The notes under the pieces were generated by a model. That model was not told where the DNA came from and made no database searches. It saw only the letters and a list, made by a program, of their open reading frames with translations. Positions 29,127-39,159 of a stretch of 64,000 nt of DNA are shown here, one piece after another. The stretch covers positions 638,578,558 to 638,642,557 of the forward strand of contig NC_133619.1 in assembly GCF_048593235.1 (NCBI RefSeq), written 5' to 3'. Both the position numbers and the translations under genes were made by a program. This DNA comes from Sminthopsis crassicaudata. Its lineage: Eukaryota. Position 1 is the first letter of the stretch; every line of letters starts with the position of its first letter.

Positions 29127-29807
29127 TGATGAGGTAGAAAAGGGGGAATCCCGTTTTAGTCAGTGCAAAGATCGTGACTGCGCAGTGTCCCCTGTATATG
29201 AATCTACAGGCCCGAAAACCTAGATTGATAAAAAGAAAAAAGGTTTATTGTAGGAATTTGGTAGTAAAGTTGAAGGTAGAAAGGCGCCAGGGCCAGAGGT
29301 GGCCTTTGGGTGGGCAGGAACCCTTACATGGCAGGAAGGATACCATGTTTGGGGGGAAGGGCTCCTGCAAAGAGAGCTCCAGCTTGACTCTTTTATACCT
29401 AAAAGGGGGTTGTGGGCAGTGCCTCAAGTTCCGGGTGGGCTTATCAGATAAGGAGGAAACTGTTTGTGGGGAGCTGGGGAAACCTGAGCAAATAGTGGGG
29501 ACTGAGAAAACCCAAGCCAGCTCAGATCCGGTGGGGGCTGGGCCCAGATGTTCAAAAGGGTGCTTTTTGACCAGGATTTGTGAATCAAAGGTCAGCCAGG
29601 GGGGTTGGGAAATCAGAAAGGAAATCTTTTTTTTTTTTTTTTTTTGAGGCTGGGGTTAAGTGACCCAAGGTCACACAGCTAGGAAGTGTTAAGTGTCTGA
29701 GATCACATTTGAACTCGGGTCCTCCTGAATTCAGGGCTGGTGCTCTATCCACTGCACCACCTAGCTGCCCCAGAAAGGAAATCTTAAAGGGACCTCAACC
29801 CTCATCA
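29127..29807 (-). mobile_element. Solo LTR of a third family (LTR-C) in gag CA
   Basis: Terminal inverted repeats TGATGAG...CTCATCA; 4-bp TSD GCCT (29123-29126, 29808-29811); TATAAAAG and AATAAA on minus; removal restores gag ...MIR|QLAKE... Confidence 0.9.
29629..29771 (-). mobile_element. Young WSINE1-type SINE inside LTR-C
   Basis: Full length with poly-T; 14-bp TSD AGAAAGGAAATCTT (29615-29628, 29772-29785). Confidence 0.93.
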
Positions 29808-31754
29808 GCCTTATCATAATTTCTGTAACTGCATTTTCACCATTAGTCTGTATGACAGCTGTCTGCAAACGTCCCACAAAATCAGCAAAGGGTTCACTTA
29901 GCATGCTCTCCTAGCAGCTGCTATTACCAGTCTCTCCTCATCCCTAGGCCTTCAGAGTACCCTGGGTACTGATCATTGCAGTGTCAACTAACTATCAACT
30001 CGCCTCCTCTGAGGCCTTCAAGGGTCTCTGGCCATGATTTCTTGAATCCTAGTTTAATAACCAATAGCTCGCTCAAGAACAGCCACGTGTAAACTTAAAG
30101 CCTTTATTACACCTACTCACATAATGCCCTGACTTGTTAACTCCCTAGTGAACACCTGGCCTGAAGACCCACGTGTTCACTATCAAGTTCCTTACCTCTC
30201 TGGCTATCCATCCACTTGGCTTGGCTACCCCAGGATAAAGAGAGCGACCTGCTGCTTGCAGTGGGCTTAAAAGGGCTGTGAAGTCACACACAGCTAACCA
30301 GCGAGAGAGCCGTCACCCATTACGAAGCTATCTCAATATGGCTGGGATCCGGCCCGTGGGGCAGTCCCTAGCCACAGAAATTACTTCCGGGCCATTCAGA
30401 CCTCCTGTTGCGCTGTGCTGGCCCATTTAAAGAACCCTTACATTTCCCTTCTCTTGTTCAGCAGGTCCCGCACATCTCATCAAGCTAAACTTTAGCACCA
30501 GCTCTAGTTCACTTGATGCATGAAGATGGCAGAGTGTTATGCCCAAGGAGGCACAAAGCAGCAGATCAAGAAGCAGAAGTATGACAGTGAGAACAAGGCT
30601 CAACAGTGGCCAAGTGTTCAACCCATTCATTAAAGTCATACTCAAGGAGGTGATGTGCCAAAGAGGTTGGATGCCAAGGAGGTAAAATATCACAATTCTA
30701 GTTCACAATTAAATATCAGTGAGGTAAGGTGTCACAATTCTAGTTACATTTGTTACAACTCTACTGCACTGATATACATCTATTGAAAGGAATCACAGAT
30801 AAAGGTGCAAAACACAAATAAAGATGCACACAAGCAAAGTCAAGTCCAGTAACATTGTCTCAATAACATTGCCAGGTGGGCCTGTTGGTTTTTCACCCAC
30901 TAATTTAGAGGCATAGTCCTTCAATAGAAAACACAGGGCAAAGCCTCTCCCCAGGCCACCATAGGGTGAGTATAGGAGAAGCACACAGGCCCATTGTCCA
31001 TTTAACAGTCTGTTTATATTGCACATCACCCAGGACAGTCCATTTCAGCTGCTACACTGGAGCTGTGTCTGCTGCCTCTGGTGTCACGGTCTGGAGGGAC
31101 ATGGCTGCCATCAGCGTCTGGCTGGTCCCTCTGGGCTGTCGTCTGGTCCTCTTCTTGGATCCCCAGGTCACAGATGTCTCTGGTGGGATCCCCTCCTCTG
31201 CTGCTGCACCTCGAATGAAAGAATATACCCGGGGCCCCAAACCCTGACCCAACTTGGGCCTTTCCACATCACTGTGGAAAGAAAGTTCTTGTCAAAAAGA
31301 CAAACAAAAGTCAGTCTGTCACTTAGCGGCACTTTCTGTGTATGCCAGAAGTGCATTGCTAAGATAAAATTCAAAGAATTTTAAAATATAAAATCAAAAT
31401 AATTTAGGAATTTAAATCAAATTTTTAAAATCACAAGCAATCACATATATGAATTGCCACATCTTGTGCATATCCCAAAATTCCCTTCTCTTGTTTAGAA
31501 GAGAACATCTTGGGGATATAAATAGTCTGTCCAGTAATGACTTGACTGGCAGGATTATAAGAAATGCCAATGGAATGGGCAAAGTCCAATTCAATGCAAA
31601 AACATCTAAAGGCAAAATATTTATAAGCCAATCCATAACCTGTCTTAAATGCATGTGAGATTCCTACAGTGGAAAGATAGTTGATCACATGCCTAGCTGC
31701 TTCTCAGATTGGCGTGAAGCCGTCATGTCCATTGGTCTTAAAACATTAAATTTC

Positions 31755-31903
31755 GGGGGCAGCCAGGTGGCGCAGTGGATAGAGCACCAGCCTTGAATTC
31801 AGGAGGACCCAAGTTCAAATGTGGTCTCAGACACTTAACACTTCCTAGCTGTGTGACCCTGGGCAAGTCACTTAACCCCAGCCTCAGGGAAAAAAAAAAC
31901 AAA
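31755..31903 (+). mobile_element. Young WSINE1-type SINE inside element B
   Basis: GGGGGCAGCCAGGTGGCGCAGTGGATAGAGC...A-tail; 15-bp TSD AAAACATTAAATTTC (31740-31754, 31904-31918); empty site in B' at ~25241. Confidence 0.95.
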
Positions 31904-32626
31904 AAAACATTAAATTTCAAAACATAAGGCTTTTGTCCTATAGGGAGCTTAGGAGAATGAAAAGAAAGATAAGCTGTGTAGCCTTTTGCCAGCCTCCTAG
32001 CTTCCTCTTTAGTTATCACAATTTGCAAATATAAGACTCTAGCAGGCTGATTATAAAAGATATGATTTGAAAGTCCACTCTGAAAATGGACATGTAGGAT
32101 ATCATATTTACCTGAGTGCTCTCTCACTTGCTCTCGAAGTTCTTTAGAGAGCTGATAATATATATTTAAAACTACAAATCTTATTTGAGCTGTGGCAATT
32201 CTTTGTACCACATCTACTGAATAAGCCAATTAAAATTTATTCTTACATACCCACGTGCAAAGCTTACAGCTGTAGCCAATACATTTTTTCCACTCTGGGA
32301 TGGTTTCACAACACACCTCAATTTGGGTATTGATATGAGAGATATTTCTTTTACCAGGTCTTGTCCCAGATCATTTTTAAAATTTTTTAAATTAAATTTT
32401 AAATTAAAAAAGCTATTTTTTAAAATTTTTACCACAAGCACTGGGTAAAATTTAAATTTTTTATCTGATTGTGCTGGAAAGTTCACCCACTTCATACTGT
32501 CTCCTTGGTGAAGGACTGCTATGAGTGCCCTTTTTGTAACCAAATTTGATATTTCCAATGCTTTCTTAGTTATTTTTTCAGCCATATTAGATAAAGCCAA
32601 TTCAATCTCTCTTAGAGCCTCTAGTC

Positions 32627-32822
32627 CAGTGGTCCTCAAACTTTTAAAATAGGGGGCCCGTTCACTGTCCCTCAGACTGCGGGAGGGCCGGACTATAGTA
32701 AAAACAAAAGCTCACACTCTGTCTCTGCCCTCAGCCCATTTGCCATAACCCAGCAGGCCTGGCCATATAAACTTCCTCAATGGGCAGCATCTGGCCTGAG
32801 GGCTGTAGTTTGAGAACCCCTG
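32627..32822. mobile_element. hAT (Charlie/OC1-like) MITE, copy 2
   Basis: Same TIRs, same mutated flank (CTCTAGTC) and same insertion point in RT as copy 1. Confidence 0.85.
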
Positions 32823-35358
32823 CTCTAGAGCATCCTTTTAAAGGTGGTATTGTGAGTCTAAGGCACTGCTTCCTCTTAAAGGTAGAACCACCTTAACTCT
32901 TAGAGATACTTCTCTCACAGGAACAAGGTCAGCAGCCACACACCTTTGACACAAAGTAGGGCTGTTCTTTATGCCATATGGCAAGGCTGTCCATTCAAAT
33001 CCTCTATAAAACTCAGCTGGATTAATGCTGGGCACTGAAAAGATAAATTCCTTCATATCCTCCTTATCTAGAGAAATATAATTTTTAATCCTAAAAGACC
33101 ATTCCTCAGGCAACTGAGGAGATGGAAGCCCAAGCTGAAGAGCTTCCACTATCTTCATGTGTCCGTTTACCTTTCTCGGATCAATAAACATTCTCCATTC
33201 CCCCAAATTCCTTTTTATAACAACTTTAGAGGAATTCCAAGGACTTAGAGAAGCTTGTAAATGTCCTTGGTTAAGTCTCTTCTCTCCTATGCCTAATGAG
33301 ATCTAAATTTTTTCATTTTTTAAGAAGTCTCTTCTCCACTAGTCAATAGGGGCCCTTTCAACTGTAATAATAAATAAATTTATCTGTCTTCTATTTAAAT
33401 TCCCATTTCCAAGTGGTAGCACTATTTTTAGCTATTATAAATCCTTTTATGCCAGACATATAGGTATTTTCTGTGGTCTTTAACCAATTACTAGACCAGC
33501 CGGCACATCTAATAGCTGCACTATTTACATCTGTGTCTACCAGCCTTTTCAATGGTCTGCCATTCATACAGATAATGAAAAAAGCATACTGGGCTATGAA
33601 AGGTTCAGTCCATAACTGATGTTACTTCTCTTCCTGGGTCACAGATCACACACTGTCTATCTATACTAGTGATTGAGACAGAAGTTTCCCAAACCATTCC
33701 AAAAATAAAGTTTTATAAGTGCTTGGAGGGGATTGGGCAACCAAGCCCACCTGTGGAAGTGGAAAATCCATGAGGTGAGCAAAGGGGAGTTCCAGCTCAC
33801 TAAAAACTATCCTAGAAGTTCTACAGATATAAAAACTCCACTCTCTCTAACTACAAGGTCTTATCTTTGTAAAGTGGCTTAGAAACTGACTGAGCTGTGT
33901 TTTTAACATTTTTCTGAACATTATAGTCATTAAAGTCCTCAGTATACCACCATTCTTTATTGCCTCAGGCCATAAAGCTTACTTCCGCTCTTTTGAAATG
34001 AAGATTTAGGAGATTTGAATGGATTAATGGACAGTGCTGATGATATTATCACCCTTCCTATTCCTCCTCCTCCTCCTTCTCCCCAGACCCAGGAAGGTGG
34101 AGCTGAGGGAAGAGGGTCAGGAATTGGAAAATTCCTCAAAGGCCAATTTAAAATCCAAACCAAGCTTCGCACATAAAAAGAACTAAACCTCTTCTTAATG
34201 GGGGGGGGGGGGGGGGTTAATCAATACATTCCTTAAAACAATAATACACCAGGAAAACCAACAAAATGCTAAGAAGAATTTCTCCAACTGACTTCCATGT
34301 GATTTGTTTATTTCCCTCCTTAGCTTCAGCTTTGAAGTCTTCCGGTTCTAGCTGTAGTAACCTAGTTTTTTCTTCTTTCTCTATCTCAACCTGTAATTTA
34401 GCCCGCAATTCTAGGAACTCTTTTTTAATTGTTTGTCATTCTACTTCTAACTCAACTTCTAGTTGTTGTATTTCATACTCTATATTATCATATTCACATA
34501 TATTAGCTCTAGGTTGCTCCCTCTCCAGGGTAGCCTTCTTGGAGCTTGATTACGAGCTTCTTGCCATTCTTCAGATGTGATCTTTGTTAAAAGACCTTCC
34601 ATCTGGCTCTTTAACCTATTTATATGAGTATTATGTGCAGCTGTATCCTTGAGCCTGATCCCAGGGTTACCCAGGTCCATATTGCCTCTCTGCCTTCCCT
34701 CCTAGGTGGGGTTTCTACCGGTTCTCTCAGAATTTTAATTCTGAATATTAAATATTAATTTTCAAAAATTAATCTTTGAAGCCTGATAATCTATGATGTA
34801 CCCACATCTGGTGTCATCTGTAACATGCTCTCCTAGCAGCTGCTATTACCAATCTCTCCTGATTCCTAGGCCCTCAGAGTACCTTGGGCACTGACCCTTG
34901 CAGGTCAACTAATTCTACTAACTCGCCTCCTCTGAGGCCTTCAAAGGTCTCTGGCCATGATTTCTTGAATCATAGTTTAATAAGCGGTAGTGCACTCAAG
35001 AACAGCCATGTGCAAACTTAAAAGCCTTTATTACACCTACTCACATAATGCCCTGACCTGTTAACTCCCTAGTGAACACCTGGCCTGAAGACCTACATGT
35101 TCACTATCAAGCTCTTTACCTCTTTTGGCTATCCATCCACTTGGCTTGGCTACCCCAGGTTAAAGAGAGCGACTTGCTGCCTGCAGTGGGCTTAAAAGGA
35201 GCTGTGAGGTCACACAAATAGCCAATCAATGAGAGAGCCGTCACCCATTACAAAGCTATCTCAATATGGCCAGGATCCCGCTGAAGGGGCAGTCCTTTAC
35301 TTCCAGGCCACTTAGACCTCCTGTTGCACAGTGGCTGCCCATTTAAAGAACATTTACA

Positions 35359-36489
35359 GGTTCATTTGGTCTTTGTGCAGTTTTTATGAAGGCCTCACCC
35401 TTGTCATTTTTATTGGGGAGAGAAGCCCATGCTTTGATAGCAGCAGCAGCAATTTGCTCATATGCTGCTATGGAGTAATTACTCTGTACTGAAATTTCTG
35501 CATAGGAACCTACACGTGTTAGTTGGTCACAGGTGAGGTATTCACTCCACTTTGACTGTTTTGTTGGGCTTGTATCCTACAGAGCTCACTGTATTCAGAA
35601 AGCCACAATAAGTTTTGTCCAGGTTCTAAGCATACCCTTGCTATGGATTTCCAGTCACTAGGGGTTCAGACTTTATAAGCTAAATTCTGCAATGACATCT
35701 TGACATAAGCTGATGTAGCCCCATAAAGAGAGCAAGCCTTTTTCAGGTCTTTGAGGATGTCTATATCAAAAGGAGCGTATCTTCTACTTTCTTGACTTGA
35801 AGAGTTAAACTGTTGAATCACCGGAAATATTTACAGCTGCATATCACCTATATCCTTCCCTTCCTCTATGGCTTCAAGTACTGCCTTTTGTAATCTGGTC
35901 ATAGGAGGGGGTGATTGTTGGGGGGTAGGTGCTGGTGGTGTCACTGACCCTCTCACTACTCCTCCTTCCTCCATCCTGGAAGGTGGAGTTGTATGGGCCT
36001 GTCAATAATCTGCTCTCTAGGCACTGTTGAAGCTGCCTCTTGAGAGCCAGAATCACCACAGCCTTGAAACTCATTTAAGTCCCCATGCCCTCAGGCAATA
36101 TGGTCATTAGACTGTTCTTTGTCTTCCTCTTTTTCCTCACACTTCCTCATCTGGCCATTCTTAAAACTTTTTCATTTTCTATAACTTGCAAGATTCTTTA
36201 AGGCCAATTGTATTATGTTGTATATATAGAATGCTTCTGTGGAAATTGAAAGAGGACCTCTATCGTTATAGTATTCACAGAGTTGTTCTCCCACAAGTTT
36301 CCAACTATCTGGACTTATTTCTTCTTCCTCTAAGAACCAAGGGGACGTGCGTCCTAATGTACCCAAGAATCTAGCAATCTGTTCCCAGGTTATAATTAAA
36401 CCTTGCCCCTCAATTAACTTAAGCCTGCTTTCTATAGTGCCCCTTCGGGGTGGGGATGGGGGAGAATCTTTTCCTAACGTCTGCCCCAT
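35359..36489 (-). pseudogene. Element A gag MA-p12-CA(N) (disrupted)
   Basis: MGQTLGKDSPP... (myristoylation Gly2), WFLEEEEISPDSWKLVGEQL, then CA-like YAPFDIDILKDLKKACSLYGATS...TPSDWKSIARVCL; stops and frameshifts. Confidence 0.85.
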
Positions 36490-36631
36490 TTCAGCTACAA
36501 AAGGTTATTAGTTTAGCCCTTAACAAAGTAAGTTCCCTGTTTGTCTATTAAAATACTCACCTAATTTCCTGGTCACCGAGTGACTTCTTCAGTGAAAGTA
36601 GGGTACTTGGCCCACACCTTGGGTGCCAAAA

Positions 36632-36927
36632 TGTAATGACCATGTTAGTACCCTGGATACCTTAGAATCAGTCGGAGTCAGGATCAGCAAAAGTCTTTAT
36701 TCTTGGTCTTTTGGGGTCTCAGGGGATTAGATCTAGGAATCTACACACCTCCTTCCTCTCTCTCCACAGCCAAAGAATGATCCCACCTGTCCTACTCCAT
36801 CCTTGGAGGTCTCCCTTCCTTCACTGTTTGCACCCACAGATGGGATGGTGGGCCGGGTCATTCTCCAAGCATATGCTTTAGCGTATTGTCCAATTAGCCT
36901 CAAGTGCTTGGACTCAGGGCCTTTACA
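36632..36927 (-). mobile_element. 5' LTR of element A
   Basis: tgtaatgacc...ctttaca; adjacent PBS; homologous to 18592-18891. Confidence 0.9.
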
Positions 36928-37744
36928 ACTTGGGTCTGAAATAGGACTAAGGTGAATTTCTCCTTACTTTCCCTCATATTAAAACTGATTCCCCTGAGAG
37001 ATTTCAGACCTGCTGCTCTGGAATTCTCCTTCCACACCTTTCTCTTTTCAATTTAGATCATACAAAGCCCTTTAATCTATAAGTGAACTGAACAATCCTT
37101 TGAAGTTCTTGCTGCAGTGGGGAAGAGATTAAGGGCCTATGGCCATGGGGGGGGCACCCCTAGAATGATGGTGAAAGATGGCCGCTGGAAAGATGCAGGG
37201 TCAGGCAGGGCTCTTTCATCCATGGACATGCCCGGTGCCTAAAAAGAATCCAGACTAGTGGAGCAGGGGACAGCTGGGCCTGAAGCTTGCTCAGTTCCGG
37301 TGGGCGGATTTCCACTGATAATTGCAGCCCACTCATGCACAATTACTCTGGCTCTTAGTTCAGGGCTTCAGGTGCCACCTGGTGGCTGATTCAGACATAA
37401 GGCCTGCCTTGGTGCAAGTGTAGAACAGCTAGTTGTTCCACTATACATGGCCTTTACCTATCAAAAGAACCTGTACATGGGATGGCTCTCTGGGAAGAAC
37501 GAAGGGGATATACACCTGGGGAATTTTGGGTGGTATAAGAAAAAATGTCCCAAAAAGAGGGAAAGGCAGCGGGGGAAGCTTTACACAGACAGGGGGGAGA
37601 AAGGAAGGTGGAAATGCACCTCCAGGGGACAGCGAATGGGCTAGAAATAGAATGAAAAAGAGCATGGGAATTAAATGTGAAAAGGAAGATTGGAGACAGT
37701 TGGCAAATAGCAGGCAAATAGATATTTGGATGGATGGATAGATG

Positions 37745-38752
37745 TTTATTTTTTTAAAGCTTTTTTATTTTTAAAACATCTGCACTGACCTTTGCATAAG
37801 CCTTGTGTTCCAAATTTTCTTTTCCTTTCCCCCACTCCCTCCCTTAGATGGCAAACAATCCAATATATGTTATTCATGTTAAAGTATATGTGAAATCCAA
37901 TATGTGTAAACATACTTATATAATTCTATTGTACAAGAAAAATCAGATCAAAAAGGAAAGAAAATGAGTAAGAAAACAAAATGCAAGGGAACAACAACAA
38001 AAAGAGTGAAAAAACTATGTTGTGATCTACACTAAGTTCCCATAGTCCCCTCTTTGGGTGCAGATGGCTCTCTGTATTACAAGTCCATTGGAACTGGCCT
38101 GAATCATCTTATTGTTAGAAAGAGCCACGTCCATCAGAATTGCTCATCGTATAATCTTGTTGTTGAAGTGTATAATGATCCCCTGGTTCTGCTCATTTCA
38201 CTCAGCATCAGTTCATGCCAGTCTCTCCAAGCCTTTCTGAAATCTTCCTGCTGGTCATTTCTTACAGAACAATAATATTCCACAACATTCATATACCACA
38301 ATTTACCCAGCCCTTCCCCAACTGATGGGCATCCACTCAGTCTCCAGTTTCTTGTCACCACAAAAGGGGCTGCCACACTTTTGCATATGTTGATCCCTTT
38401 CCCTCCTTTAAGATCTCTTTGGGATATAGGCCCAATAGAAACACTGCTGGGTCAAAGGGTATGCACAGTTTGATAGCCCTTTAGGCATAGTTCCAAATTG
38501 CTCTCCAGAATGATTGTATCTGTTCACAGCTCCACCAACAATGTATCAGTGTCCCAGTTTTCCCACATCTCCTCCAACATTTGTCATTATGTTTTCCCAT
38601 CTTAGCCAATCTGAAAGCTGTGTAGTGGTACCTCAGAATTGTCTTAATTTGCATCTCTGATCAGTAATGATTTAGAGCACCTTTTCATATGATTAGAAAT
38701 GGTTTTAATTTCTTCATCAGAAAATTGTTTGTTTATATCCTTTGACCATTTT
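37745..38752 (-). mobile_element. Older 5'-truncated L1 3' fragment within a (GGAT)n-like tract
   Basis: T-rich tail, L1 3'UTR and ORF2 C-terminus (AAPFVVTRNWRLSGCPSVGEGLGKLWYMNVVEYYCSVRNDQQ). Confidence 0.85.
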
Positions 38753-38809
38753 GGATAAGTTTTTAAATGGATAGTTAAGAGTTGGATGGATGAATAGATG
38801 TTTGGATGG

Positions 38810-39049
38810 NNNNNNNNNNNNNNNNNNNNNNNNNNNNNNNNNNNNNNNNNNNNNNNNNNNNNNNNNNNNNNNNNNNNNNNNNNNNNNNNNNNNNNNNNNN
38901 NNNNNNNNNNNNNNNNNNNNNNNNNNNNNNNNNNNNNNNNNNNNNNNNNNNNNNNNNNNNNNNNNNNNNNNNNNNNNNNNNNNNNNNNNNNNNNNNNNNN
39001 NNNNNNNNNNNNNNNNNNNNNNNNNNNNNNNNNNNNNNNNNNNNNNNNN
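38810..39049. other. Assembly gap (240 N)
   Basis: N run. Confidence 1.
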
Positions 39050-39159
39050 TAGTTTGCAAATAGCAGGCTGGGAGAAGAGGCCCAGGGACTGTCATATAAC
39101 AGAGGGATTGCTATTCTCTTTGGTATGGAGGGAAAAAAGGGGGGAAATGAGCATTTATA

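Larger units (their letters stand above)
29897..35358 (-). mobile_element. Element B: non-autonomous two-LTR ERV nested in the gag MHR of element A
   Basis: LTRs 34819-35358 and 29897-30442 (~88% identical by eye; the latter starts CT rather than TG); 6-bp TSD GGTTCA (29891-29896, 35359-35364); degenerate PBS TGACACCAGATGTGGGTA; PPT-like tract at 30443; removal restores QRPNEP|FADFVGRLQTAV. Confidence 0.92.
18592..36927 (-). mobile_element. Composite endogenous retrovirus complex (element A, betaretrovirus-like) with multiple nested insertions
   Basis: Related terminal LTRs (TGT...ACA); tRNA-Lys1,2-like PBS TGGCACCCAAGGTGTGGG at 36628-36611; splice donor near 36560; gag ATG 36489 (MGQTLGK); PPT AAAAGAAAGGGGGAGA next to the 3' LTR; flanks TCTTGG/ACTTGG (5/6 TSD). 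Confidence 0.92.

Noticed and set aside
34200-34216. G17 tract flanked by TTAAT on both sides
   Set aside because: Could be a small insertion, but homopolymer length is error-prone and removing it does not extend the pre-gag ORF
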